Below are positions 1-10,713 of a stretch of DNA of 23,884 nt, piece after piece. A program made the translations under genes and the position numbers. The DNA comes from Chiloscyllium plagiosum (Eukaryota): NCBI RefSeq assembly GCF_004010195.1, contig NC_057719.1, positions 74,929,358 to 74,953,241 of the forward strand, read 5' to 3'. The number at the start of each line of letters is the position of its first letter. The first letter of the stretch is position 1. The notes under the pieces were generated by a model that had not been told where the DNA came from, searched no databases, and saw only the letters and a list, made by a program, of their open reading frames with translations.

Positions 1-499
1 GTCAAATCAGTAGATTTGAAGCAAACCACACTTTATTCATTTACTAGGAAAGAAAGAAGAAATTGAAGTAACTTAATACTGCTGGAAAACTTAACAGAAT
101 AAAAGGTTATTGAACTCCTAAACAGAAACTGTTCCCGGATGGTAACATTGCACAAAGACACCCTTGACAAAGGAAAATTCAGACAAAGAAGGATTGCTTC
201 ACATGCAACTCCAGCAGCAGGAAGAGAACCCCCAGCTTTTAACTGTAACCGAGAGAGAGAGATAAAACAGCTTCCATTTCTTCAAGATCCCAGTAACTGC
301 TACTGAAAGCTAAAAATAAAATCCTGGATCCGTCTATGCTTGACCCCACCCATTCAGGCTGCTTCTATTGTTCCAATTTTAAAAAGGCCTCCCAACCTGT
401 TTACTTTATTGGTTTCAAATAGACAGCTCTGTCTTAAAACCTTTCTTCAAAAAAAAATTTTGGACAAAATACGCCTTTTAAAGTTATTGTATCATCACA
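1..499 (-). mobile_element. Probable LTR (solo LTR or 3' LTR, likely Gypsy/ERV-type), running off the left edge
   Basis: Minus strand begins TGTGATGATA at 499 (TG start typical of LTRs). AATAAA on the minus strand at 37-32 is followed by GT-rich sequence; no ORF; short (GA)n tract at ~251-262. The CA end and TSD would lie outside the window, so this is unconfirmed. Confidence 0.5.
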
Positions 500-702
500 G
501 TTGGCAATGGAGTGTGCTTGCAGACTGACTCCATGGGCAAGGATGAATTGTCTGATTCTGTTGGGACTGGCCAGACTTATGTTTTTTTTTCTTTTAATTG
601 CTGCTTCTGTTTGAAAGAAGCAGCGGCAATATTTGAGATTGCGACTCAGGTAGATCCTCCTTGTGCATTTTACTCCCAGTCTGTTATGGCTGTGCTACAT
701 TT

Positions 703-841
703 AGAGTCATAGAGATGTACAGCATGGAAACACACCCTTCGGTCCAACTTGTCCATGCCGACCAGATATCTCAATCCGGCACCTGGCTTAACCCTCCAAA
801 CCCTTCCAGATGCCTTTTAGATGTTGCAATTGTACCAGCCT
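703..841 (-). mobile_element. CR1 LINE 3' end fragment (young family), internally deleted
   Basis: Reverse complement of the 3' end at 2250-2430 (GAGTCATAGAGATGTACAGCATGGAAAC...GCAATTGTACCAGCCT), with several short deletions. Confidence 0.9.
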
Positions 842-844
842 GAT

Positions 845-1480
845 GATGATACGGAAAATGCCACTTGCTGATATTCGTGCCGTTGTGTGCACTGTGGACA
901 TGGCTTTCAAAGGATCAATTACTGTTTTACAAAATTAGCTAACAATCAGTTTAAGAGAGACAAAGATGCACATGCAAACGTCCCTAAGTTGTGACTACGC
1001 CACCTACTAGAACGATCGGTGACACACCCTGAAGGCTGCAGATAACTTCAACCATTGCAGAAGCACAAGTTCCAGAAATGTCCAGTCATTGGAACTGCAG
1101 AGTGAGATCAGCAATTTCCCACTTGTGCAAGAGATAGTGGAGGAAACAAGGTATCACACTTACAACGAACAGCTGAACTGTGATAATACCTACCCTCCTA
1201 TACAGCGGTGAAACATGAACTACCTACTCCGGATATATTAAGCAGTTGGACAGATTCCCTATGAACCATCCTGAAAATTGTAGGTATGCAATGGGAGATC
1301 AAAGTGCCCAACATTGAGGTACTCCAAAGAGCAGGAATGTCTGATACTGAAGCACTCATCATGACAGCACAGCTCACATATAGTGGACATGTCGCTCATA
1401 TGACCGCTAATAAAATCTCTAAGGCAGTCAACGTAAAATTGGGACAATGTAAGTAACACGGTTCAAGTTCTCCTTGACAG
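845..1480 (+). mobile_element. Degenerate RTE-clade LINE fragment (C-terminal RT and post-RT region)
   Basis: Manual translation across frameshifts gives IRKMPLADIRAVV (FADD-like), LTISLRETKM, WRKQGITLTT, VIIPTLLYSGET*TTY..IKQLDRF and MQWEIKVPNIEVLQRAGMSDTEALIMTAQLTYSGHVAHMTANKISKAV. These follow the RTE pattern LLYGSETW...W.D.V.N.EVL.RA...QLRW.GHV.RM. Confidence 0.85.
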
Positions 1481-1508
1481 TACTGTTCAGGAAATGATAC
1501 AAATATCA

Positions 1509-2430
1509 AGGTATAGTTAGTAAGTTTGCAAAATTGGAGGTGTAGTGGACAGAGAAGAAGGTTACCTCAGATTACAACTGGATCTTGATCAGATGGGCCA
1601 ATGGTTTGAGGAGTGGCAGATGGAGTTTATTTTGGATAAATGTGAGGTGCTGCATTTTGGGAAAGCAAATCTTAGCAGGACATATATATTTAATGCTAAG
1701 GGAGTGTTGCTGAACAAAGAGATCTTGGAGTGCAGGTTCATAGCTCCTTGAAAGTGGAGTCGCAGGTAGATAGGATAGTGAAGAAGATGTTTGATATGCT
1801 TTCTTTTATTGGTCAGAGTATTGAGTGCAAGAGTTGGGAGGTGTTGGGAGGTCATGTTGCAGCTGAACAGGATGTTGGTTAGGCCACTGTTGAAATATTG
1901 CGGGCAATTCTGGTCTCCTTCCTATTGGAAGGATGTTGTGACACTTTAAAGGATTCAAAAAAGATTGACAAGGATGTTGCCAGGGTTGGAGGATTTGAGC
2001 TATATGGAGAGATTGAATAGGCTAGAGCTGTTTTCCCTGGAGCATCAGAGGCTGACCTTATAGAGGTTTTTAAAATCATAGCTTGGATACCATAAATAAA
2101 CAAAGTCTTTTCCCTGGGGTCAGGGAGTCCAGAACTACAGGGCATAGGTTTAGGGTGAGAGGGGAAAGATATAAAAGAGACCTAAGGGGCAGCTTTTTCA
2201 CACAGAGGGTGGTATGTGTATGGAATGAGCTGCCAGAGGAAGTGGTGGAGGCTGGTACAATTGCAACATTTAAGAGGCATTTGGATGGGTATATGAATAG
2301 GAAGGGTTTGGAGGGATATGGGCCGGGTGCTGGCAGGTGGGACTAGACTGGGTTGGGATATCTGGTTGGCATGGATAGGTTGGACCGAAGGGTCTGTTTC
2401 CGTGCTGTATATCTCTATGACACTATGACT
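1509..2430 (+). mobile_element. 5'-truncated CR1 LINE (ORF2 C-terminus + 3' UTR)
   Basis: ORF pieces WQMEFILDKCEVLHFG and FFTQRVVCVWNELPEEVVEAGTIATFKRHLD; 3' tail CTCTATGACACTATGACT; multiple frameshifts. Confidence 0.95.
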
Positions 2431-4149
2431 TCCTCTGACTTTCTGGCAGTTCTCAACATGTTCTGCTGAGTAGAACTTTATCTTGAATCTTACCAGATAT
2501 TACAAGCAGCAACATTCCTCTATGCTTATCATGCAGAGATTTTTGCCTTTTTGCTTTGTGCGAGTGAACAATTGCAACATCCTGGGAAAAGCTTTCTTGA
2601 TCCCATATTCCAAGATATAATGGTGTGAGTTTGATGGCTGTGTAAGAGCCCCCAGATTTGTAACATCCTACCTGTGCTCGGAGCTTTTGTTTTGAGGTTT
2701 GGTAGTTTTATCGACCTCCCAGTTTGCTGGGCAGGTTTTCACCCTCTGACCAGTCTGGAAGCTTGTCTACAGCTATCCTATTTATGATGGATTGGCGGTA
2801 TAGCAAACCCTTAAATGGGTCAGCTTGGCTCTCTTCAATAACTGTGCCATGAGTCTGGAGAGATTCCTGCCACTCCACTCCTTAATGCTGAGAACTGAAG
2901 AGTAGTGTGAAGGAGAATTGTAGAAATTCTTCATGTTGCAAGATCAGCAAACCTTGAAGCTCTCTGGCTCGTTTAGCTGACTATGCATTTGGTGTCCCAT
3001 GTAGCTTCTTTTGCAGGTTCCTTTGGCTGTCCTGGAATGACGCCTGTGCACTGGATGAGTCTCTGTTTCCCAGTCATTTTGCTTCTGCTGCAATTCCTCA
3101 GTGAGTTTAATGGCACTCCAAATGATTTGCCTGTACGACGTGAAACTAGACAGAAGGCACTGATACTCTGCTTCTGCTCAATTGCAATTGCCTTAAAATT
3201 GACTGCTCGGTTTGGAGGAGTCACAATCAGTACGGGGCTCAGGGTCCAAAGATTGTTTGTCAACAGGATGTTTAATTGAAGTTGCTGCAAGCATGTTCGA
3301 AGGCAAAGGCCACAGGGTGAACTGCAGTTTATTTTATAAGGAATGCATTGCTGTTGTAAGCATGGCATATTGACAAGGGCTGTGAGGCTTCAGCTCTGTG
3401 TCAACAGAGCTATTAGTGTTTAAAAAGTACATTGCTGTCTACTCCATCACACTATAGCACGGAAAGAATGAGTTTATGTTTGGGAAGGAATGAGCAAACC
3501 ACATTGACCTTGGTCCAGACACAGGACACTGGGCTGTTTCCGTGTCCTGAGGTAGGATTCCTTCCCGTGTTATGAAGCTGGCTGAAAGGATTTGATTAGG
3601 TAGCAAGGTTGTGCATTATGGCTGAGCTGCCATAGTGAGGTCTTTGCTATTTAACCAGATATAAATGCCAACTGTTTACATCTGAACATTTCAGCATTCA
3701 TCACAAAGCATTACCAAACCTCTCTCCACCGCATTGTTTGTCAGTTTGAAAACTTCCCATTGCCTTTCCTTGTTGGCAGGATATATGCATCATTCGGCTA
3801 ACTGTGGGGCAGATCATGGCAACTTTAAGCTGTTACCATTGCAGACGTGTTTGGTAATTAGCTTTTGGAATCCTTAATTTTGTAAATCAAGGCACAGAAT
3901 AGAAAAGGGTAATATTAAACTGTACATGGCCTGAAAGTGTGATTGTTCTTCCATGTGTAGTCTCAGCTATCTTATTATGGAAAGGGCAAAGTGTAATGGA
4001 GACGGGGCGTGTACATTCACTGGGGTGATAGCTATGAAGAGGAGGAGGTTCTGATTTTGAAGAGGAGCTTGAGAAGTGAAAGCTATTTTCACTTGAAGTT
4101 GAAGGCTAAAGGATTTTGAAATATGCAATGAAGTAATTACTGGTAGTTT

Positions 4150-4440
4150 ACTTCCTTTTCTCAATGTGACAGTAACGAACAGGCAATAATTTAAGACAAT
4201 CAGAGGAAGGATTCAAGCCGAGGCCCCGAAACAGGTCCCTCGGAAGGTTGGAATTCTCTGACACAAGCCATTGTTAAATCAGAGTCCTGAAATCACTTCA
4301 AAAGGAGACTTGAAAAACAGATATTGAAAGCAAATAAATAGATGAGTAAGGTTGGAAAAGGCAGTTCATGTGGGGCAAAAAGCTGGAGCAGACTTCATTG
4401 GCTAAATAGCCTATTCCTGCACTGTGGTGAATTGTAAAAT
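4150..4440 (+). mobile_element. Old, diverged CR1 3' end
   Basis: TTGGAATTCTCTG (WNSL-like), TTCAAAAGGAGACTTGA (FKRRL-like), and tail GGCTAAATAGCCTATTCCTGCACTGT resembling the CR1 3' UTR stem motif. Confidence 0.6.
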
Positions 4441-5101
4441 CTTGGTCCTCCTTGTCAAGTTAGGCTCAAATCAAGTCTGAGCTGGTGAGATAGGGCATGG
4501 GTCTCAATATCAGTCTTATTTTCTTGGGAGACCTCTGGAGAAGGTGCTGTGCTGATCTTGAAGAAAATGGGTTCTGTTTCACTTTAGTCCCAAGACAATA
4601 ATAAAGCCTCAAAAAATTATATCAAATGCACTCGTATTTTAGTGGATTCTTTTCCTCTTGAAACCTTCCAGCTTTGTACGTTCGATCACCTGTAACAGAA
4701 ATATACGTTGACCACTGCATCAGAATAACTTAAGGGATGATTTTACAATGGCATTAGTCTGATTGGCTCTTTATTAGTGAAGATTGCTATCATTGCCAAT
4801 ATTTATCCTAGATTGTGAAACTGGATACTTCAATTTCTCAGAGTAATTAGCTGCCATGTCCAGCTAGCATTTTCATATTTATTCAAATCCTAGTGAGACT
4901 TGTATATTTTCATTTTATGCTCCTGAGAAATGACAGCATTTTTACGGCAGTCTTTCAAACTATAAAATGTCCTCTTGACTGCTCCATTGTGATATTCAGA
5001 AAAAAAAACAACCTTGGCCCGATCGTGTGAGTGAGAGTGAGTTGATTCAGTATCTGTAGGGAAAACACTTAGCCAACTGTGACCCAGCATTCTTGTACAG
5101 T

Positions 5102-5410
5102 GGGTGGCCCAGTGGCACAGTGGTTAGCACTGCTGCTTCACAGTGCCAGAGATCTGTGTTCAATTCCCACCTCAGGTGACTGTCTGTGTGGAGTTTGCAC
5201 ATTCTCCCAGTGTCTGCATGGGTTTTCTCTGGGTGCTCCAGTTTCCACCCAAAGCCCCAAAATGTGCAGGATAGGTGAATTGGCCACGCTAAATTGCCTG
5301 TAGTATTAGGTGTAGGGGAATGGGTCTGGGTGGGTTGCTCTTTGGCGGGTCAGTGTGGACTTGTTGGGCTGAAGGGCCTGTTTCTACACTGTAAGTAATC
5401 TACTCTAACT
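5102..5410 (+). mobile_element. Full-length HE1-type V-SINE (tRNA-derived head)
   Basis: Pol III A box TGGCACAGTGG (5113-5123), B box GTTCAATTCC (5158-5167), V-domain-like core GGAGTTTGCACATTCTCCC...GGTGCTCCAGTTTCC, and CR1-derived tail GGGCTGAAGGGCCTGTTTCTACACTGT. Confidence 0.92.
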
Positions 5411-5624
5411 CCCGGCCCAGCATCTAATGGATTTTGACCTCGGTCACTAAGGTACATCGTAGTTCTTTGTTTTAAAATTTAAATTGGGTTCTCGGAATCT
5501 GAAGAAATACTCTGGGCTTGTGTCATATTTAAACCTTCTTATACTTCATATAGCTTAATGAGACTGTTGACTCTTCACCCTCAGACTGTAAAGCTTTAGG
5601 TTTATGCAGCACTGAATACAAGTA

Positions 5625-5731
5625 CAATCTGGGGAAGGGCATGAAAGTGGAGTTGATGCCACAGCCATATCAACCACGATCCTGCTGAATGGTGGAATAA
5701 GTCTAGAGGGGCCAAATGGCCTACTCCCCAT
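5625..5731 (+). mobile_element. Short CR1 3' tail remnant
   Basis: AAGTGGAGTTGA...GATCCTGCTGAATGGTGGA...GAGGGGCCAAATGGCCTACTCC; same tail type as 12140-12240. Confidence 0.7.
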
Positions 5732-5765
5732 ACGAATGGAGACCTTGAGTTTAAAATTTTCGGAA

Positions 5766-6232
5766 GAAGAGTAGACCATTCAGTCCCTCAAGCCTATTTT
5801 GCCATTCATTGGCTGATCTGGACCCCAATGCTGTTCTTTAGACTCTGATCCTTTGATAGCCATGCTTATTGGAAAGGCCCAGTCTTGAAAATTCCAATTA
5901 AGACAGCAGTTGAGGGAGAAAGTTCCAAATCACCTGCAACCCTTTGTGTGTGATTTCACCCTGAAGTAGCCCAACTTTCGTTTTAAGTTTTTTTTGCTTG
6001 TCTTTGAGAGAAAAGGGACTTCTCTGTATCTATGCTATTGTACTCCGTTTCCTCTTTGAATTTCCTCAGTTAGAGGACCTCTGAAGCCTTTATTTGAGGG
6101 GATGGTAACCAGGTTTATGAAAGGTACTTTCATATTTTAATCCTTTACAACCTGAACATGCTTTAAATATTCGTATTGTTAACAAAGTTATACACCGTAT
6201 TCCAAATGCACTCTAACCAATGTCTTATAAGG
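5766..6232 (-). mobile_element. Old CR1 3' region, tail-to-tail with the preceding remnant
   Basis: Begins GAGTAGACCATTCAGTCCCTCAAGCC (reverse complement of the CR1 tail) and ends ACACCGTATTCCAAATG...AACCAATGTCTTATA (reverse of YKTLV...HLEY.V). Confidence 0.65.
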
Positions 6233-6459
6233 ATCCTACATGCCTTCTGTAGAAGTAGATTCTCCTGGTGATGCATAACAACCTTTGTTTTTCAGTATAC
6301 AAGCAGAGATTCTGCAGTGAATGTTGAGGAATCATGTTCATGTGTGAGAATGGAGCTCTACTTCAGTGTCAGCATGAATCACTTCCAGCTGAAATGTAGC
6401 CACTACAACACCAATGTAACTTATTGCCCCTAACAGGCCATTATCACATCATAGATTAA

Positions 6460-6577
6460 TAGAGTCATACAGCATGGAAACAGACCCTTCGGTCCAACTT
6501 GCCCATACCGACCAAGTTTCCAAACTAAACTCGTCCTATTTGCCTGAGTTTGGCCCATATCCCTTTAAACCTTTCCA
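6460..6577 (-). mobile_element. CR1 3' end fragment (young family)
   Basis: ATAGAGTCATACAGCATGGAAACAGACCCTTCGGTCCAAC...CCCATATCCCTTTAAACCTTTCC is the reverse complement of the 2300-2420 tail. Confidence 0.88.
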
Positions 6578-6689
6578 ACACCACTGGCCATTATATGTCT
6601 TTGTTGTTACCTTTACCCACTTGTAATACCATTACATCTGACTCCAGCTTCTCTCTATTCTCTAGAAATTGCATTAACGTTACCCCAGT

Positions 6690-6775
6690 CCACTTCATGT
6701 ACTAGACTTGGCTTAAGTGGTTCCAGGCTATCGAGGCAAAGGCCAGTGTCCTAACCACTGGACATCTTAATTCCT
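6690..6775 (-). mobile_element. Possible ancient tRNA-derived SINE head (LF-SINE-like)
   Basis: Minus strand reads GATGTCCAGTGGTTAGGACACTGGCCTTTGCCTCGATAGCCTGG: an A-box-like head, but the B box is degenerate. Family resemblance is from recall only. Confidence 0.3.
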
Positions 6776-7039
6776 TTATTTCCAATTTGAACCACTTCTT
6801 CATTCCAAAGAACGCAGCGACTTCAACTCTTGACCAAAATCACTTTCTGCTAATTCTATTCCTGTATGCTGTCCATTTTGTTTTAAACCCAGTGTGTAGT
6901 AATTTATGGCTGTTTCTATTAGCTCTGAACTTACTTGGTGCCCAGTTATTCATTGAGCTAAATTTTCCTGTGAGTTGCTTATTGGTTCCTGATTGTACTT
7001 CCTCCTTTAGTTCACCATAAAACCCAACATGTTTCCCCT

Positions 7040-7157
7040 TCTTTCAGTTCTGAAGAAAAGTCATATTCGATTTGATACATTAACACTGTTTATCTTGTTG
7101 TCGATGCTGCTAGACTTGTGGAGTATTCCTAGCATTTCCGTTTTCATTTCTTTCAGT
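7040..7157 (+). mobile_element. Degenerate Penelope-like terminal (pLTR) fragment with decayed hammerhead core
   Basis: CTGAAGA (7050-7056), stem AGTC/GATT, GATAC in place of GAAAC, then GATGCTGCTAGACTTG..GAGTATTCCTAGCATT, colinear with the PLE terminus at 20884-20943. Confidence 0.65.
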
Positions 7158-7689
7158 TCTGTTGTCATTCTGGTGAGTCCCTGCTGTACACCACCAAAAG
7201 GCATGATTATTCCTGATGCTCAAAACAATAGAACTTCAAGACGCTTGGAATTCAAAATTCTTTCAAACAAAGGCCAACGTCCCTCTGCCTTTAGATTCCC
7301 CGTGAAAGCGCTTTTAATACTTGTTGCCTTAAATGTCTAATTTCCATTGCTCCTTTGCATGTCTGTGTCATGACTCATTATTTAGCACATGTTCAGATTT
7401 TTCTTTCACACACCTGGAGCATTGAACCTCGCCTGACATCGATCTCCTCACTGTCTCTGTTTCAGTCCCACTCCAACCTCCAGCACCCATTCACAAAACT
7501 GACTGTCCCCCCCCCAATTCAGTGCTGTGTGCAATCTCAGACATATAGCTCTCTGTCGTTTCATCCAATCATTCATATAGCTGGTGAAGGCTGAGACTGC
7601 ACCTTGTCATATCCTGCTGACAAGAGAACACTCAGTCTCTCATTCCCATTCAATTTCTGATCCAGATCACAAGGTTATGTTCAATTTGT

Positions 7690-7771
7690 GCTGGAAATGT
7701 GTTGCTGGAAAAGCGCAGCAGGTCAGGCAGCATGCAGGGAACAGGAGAATCGACGTTTCGGGCATAAGCCC
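7690..7771 (-). mobile_element. Penelope-like terminal fragment, truncated just before the CTGAAGA box
   Basis: AAATGTGTTGCTGGAAAAGCGCAGCAGGTCAGGCAGCAT...GAGAATCGACGTTTCGGGCATAAGCCC closely matches 20791-20867. Confidence 0.88.
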
Positions 7772-7776
7772 ATGTT

Positions 7777-8133
7777 CATACAGTCATAGAGCTGTACAGC
7801 ACGGAAACAGACCTTTGGTCCTGTTCGTCCCTGCCGACCAGATATCCTAAATCAATCTAGTCCCATTTGCCGACATTTGGCCTATATCCCTCGAAACCCT
7901 CCTACTTATATATCCATCCAGATGCCTTTTAAATATTGTAATTGTAGCAGCCTCCACCAACTGCCTCTGGCAACTAATTCCATACACGCACCACCTTCTG
8001 CGTGATAAAGTTGCCCCGTTTAGATCTTTCCTGCCTCACATTAAACCTACGCCCTCTAGTTTTGGACTCTCCTACCCTGAGGAAAAGACCTTGGATGTTC
8101 ACCTTACCTAAGCCTCTCAATTTTATAAACCTC
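7777..8133 (-). mobile_element. CR1 3' end (~350 bp, young family)
   Basis: Reverse complement of roughly 2060-2425 (CAGTCATAGAGCTGTACAGCACGGAAACAGACC...TTTTATAAACCTC). Confidence 0.92.
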
Positions 8134-8258
8134 AAGTAGGAAAACCATGGAAACCCGCAACAACATTACCTGGATATCCAATCCCGAAAATTAGTCGGGC
8201 TTGACCTTTCCATCACAACTTCATACTGACTCTATGGTTCGTCAATATTTGACCAATG

Positions 8259-8951
8259 TAATGATTTGGATGCGAGCATAAGAAGTACAGTTAGTAAGTT
8301 TGCAGATGACACCAAAATTGGAGGGGTAGTGGACAGCGAAGAGGGTTACCTCCGATTACAACAGGATCTGGACCAGATGGGCCAATGGGCTGAGAAGTGG
8401 CAGATGGAGTTTAATTCAGATAAATNNNNNNNNNNNNNNNNNNNNNNNNNNNNNNNNNNNNNNNNNNNNNNNNNNNNNNNNNNNNNNNNNNNNNNNNNNN
8501 NNNNNNNNNNNNNNNNNNNNNNNNNNNNNNNNNNNNNNNNNNNNNNNNNNNNNNNNNNNNNNNNNNNNNNNNNNNNNNNNNNNNNNNNNNNNNNNNNNNN
8601 NNNNNNNNNNNNNNNNNNNNNNNNNNNNNNNNNNNNNNNNNNNNNNNNNNNNNNNNNNNNNNNNNNNNNNNNNNNNNNNNNNNNNNNNNNNNNNNNNNNN
8701 NNNNNNNNNNNNNNNNNNNNNNNNNNNNNNNNNNNNNNNNNNNNNNNNNNNNNNNNNNNNNNNNNNNNNNNNNNNGGTACAATTGCAACATTTAAGAAGC
8801 ATTTGGATGGGTATATGAATAGGAAGGGTTTGGAGGGATATGGGCCGGGTGCTGGCAGGTGGGATTAGATTGGTTTGGGATATCTGGTCGGCATGGACGG
8901 GTTGGACCGAAGGGTCTGTTTCCATGCTGTACATCTCTATGACTCCATGAC
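8259..8951 (+). mobile_element. 5'-truncated CR1 LINE spanning an assembly gap
   Basis: SKFADDTKIGGVVDSEEGYLRLQQDLDQMGQWAEKWQMEFN before the gap; GTIATFKKHLD and tail CTCTATGACTCCATGACT after it. Confidence 0.93.
8426..8775. other. Assembly gap (350 N)
   Basis: Run of N characters. Confidence 1.
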
Positions 8952-8994
8952 TAGCCTTTACAGGCAAGAATGCAAACATCTAATTCTGTAAATT

Positions 8995-9495
8995 AGGGGG
9001 CTACGGCATTAGGAGGGAGCATGTTAATGCCCCTGTCTGGATATTGTGGGCAAATGAGGAGGGTTTGGATGGTCTCCTTGATAACCCAAGTCAGGCTCGT
9101 AAGTAAGCAATTAATACCCTTTCTCTGACTTAGTGGGTGGCAGGAGAGGTCCACTCCAGTTATGCAGCTTGGTAGGTTTGACCTGCTAACTGCTAGCTAG
9201 TGAAAGTGGAGGATGTGGGCATCTCCTTCCAGGCCGCAGATACTTAACACAGCCCCTTGCCTACCTCTACACCCTCCTGACCTTGCTTTGCTCCTTCCTA
9301 TTTATTTTCTGGAGCCTGCGATCCCGACCCCAGCGAGATCCCCGAGTTTGCGAGCGTCCATGGCTACCTTTCCTCCTGCAAAACTAGCAGTGGCCACTGT
9401 TCCTGTTGGTAATGCAGAACGGCTGACTTCCGATTGGCCCGTCACTCTGTGAGCTGAGAAGCCATTCTGGAGATGGCAGGAATTCCCACCTCATT
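8995..9495. repeat. Unclassified GC-richer interspersed repeat (possible non-autonomous element)
   Basis: GC/CpG content is higher than the flanks; the motif AGCAGTGGCCACTGTTCCTG...GATTGGCC resembles common shark repeats (recall). No TIR or TSD identified. Confidence 0.3.
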
Positions 9496-9519
9496 CTAAT
9501 TCAAGGATCTTCATCTGAA

Positions 9520-9830
9520 AAATTAAAGCATGTTGACATGTTGGTGTATAATGAGCTCATTATCAGCCTGGAATCCAGCTTTCTGCCTCTAATGTTTGTT
9601 TCTAGTAGCTTCCTGACAATTGATCTTAAACTGACATTGTCACCTGTTTTTAAATAGTAGAATAACATTTGAAATTTGTCCTTTTCAGCTGTACAGTTCC
9701 CAAATCCATGTGAAATTATGACCACTATGTCAGCAGTTTCCATATCTATCCATTTTACAACCAGGAGCAGAAACTATCAGGTCCTGGAAATTTGACTATC
9801 TTAACTTCCATTAATTTTTAACTTCATATC
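9520..9830 (-). mobile_element. Old CR1 ORF2 internal fragment (start of RT domain)
   Basis: Minus-strand translation gives KLMEVKIVKFPGPD and VSLRSIVRKLLETNIR, matching CR1 KSPGPD...RPVSLTSVVGKLLESII. Confidence 0.7.
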
Positions 9831-10049
9831 ACTTTCCACTGTGGAAATGATATGAAGTAAGAATTTAAGAAGTCTTCGATTATTATCCCATTATAACATA
9901 TTCTTCTTTGTAACTCTCTTTTTCTTCAAATATTTATATTAAAAAAAAACATGGTTAGATTTCATTCCCAAGCAAGAGTTTCGATATTCTCAGCTTGCAT
10001 CTTCTTTGTTTCTCAGTAGTACAGAACTTGAATATTGTTGATAAGAGAG

Positions 10050-10240
10050 ACCTTGTTGTAGCTTTCTATCCTGCACTAATCAGGACAAATGCAAGAATGC
10101 AGAACTTCAAATAATCACAACAATTTATATGACGTGAGGAAATCAAGTTGACAGTGATTGGTTGTGGCATTGCAATGGAGAAAGCAGCGGGGTACTACAG
10201 ACACCTTAAGCTCTCAGGTAATTCAGTAAATGTCGCGTCT
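10050..10240 (-). mobile_element. Ancient interspersed repeat with decayed hammerhead-like core (PLE-type terminus suspected)
   Basis: Minus strand GTCCTGATTAGTGCAGGATAGAAAGCTAC (CTGATGA>CTGATTA ... GAAA), next to a TTTATA / GATTGG-containing segment. Confidence 0.45.
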
Positions 10241-10404
10241 TAAATAAACTCTTCTCATTTGCTGAGAAAGGTTCCTGAATGTGAATGGATCTTGGTCCTG
10301 GCTAATTTATGTGGCTCATTTCTGTTTCACAGAATCTCTTTCAAAGGAAGGTTCTCTTCAGTGCCTGGGTGAAATGTATCCCTTAACCAAAATTGCTAAA
10401 ACCG

Positions 10405-10535
10405 GTCATTATTGTTTATGGAATCATGCTATGCACAAAGTGACTATGGCATTTCTGACATCACAGAATTTCAAAAGTCCTTAATTAGCTGTTGAACTGT
10501 TCCTAATGTCAGGAAAATGTAAGTTTTTCTTTTCC
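10405..10535 (+). mobile_element. Deu-domain SINE (SacSINE/AmnSINE-like) 3' portion
   Basis: TTGTTTATGGAATCATGCTATGCACAAA...TTCAAAAGTCCTTAATTAGCTGT...AAATGTAAGTTTTTCTTTT resembles the recalled DeuSINE 3' consensus with an L2-type tail. Confidence 0.55.
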
Positions 10536-10713
10536 TTTAAGATGCTGATTGACAGACCAAAGAAAACCTTGCTAAGAGCAATGTCTTTCAACAAATGTCA
10601 ACCCTGGGAATATCCTATTTGCCAGCAGTGCAGCAGATTTGCTGAGGGCGTTATATGAAGGGAGGGTTAAGCTTAAATAGTAACTGAGAGATATCAAGAG
10701 GAGCATGGATCAA

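Noticed and set aside
5102..5175. tRNA gene
   Set aside because: The A/B boxes belong to a SINE head that continues directly into a V-SINE body and CR1-type tail.
8134..8258. Small hairpins (CCCGA/TCGGG, GTCAA/TTGAC) in the spacer between inverted CR1s
   Set aside because: 5-bp stems are expected by chance; no other support.
8266..8979. Long ORFs of 126-200 aa
   Set aside because: Artefacts of translating through the N gap.
10265..10310. VPEC-encoding stretch resembling the preceding SMOC1 exon (..FVPEC.EDG..)
   Set aside because: Flanking residues and splice sites do not fit; that exon appears to lie outside the window.
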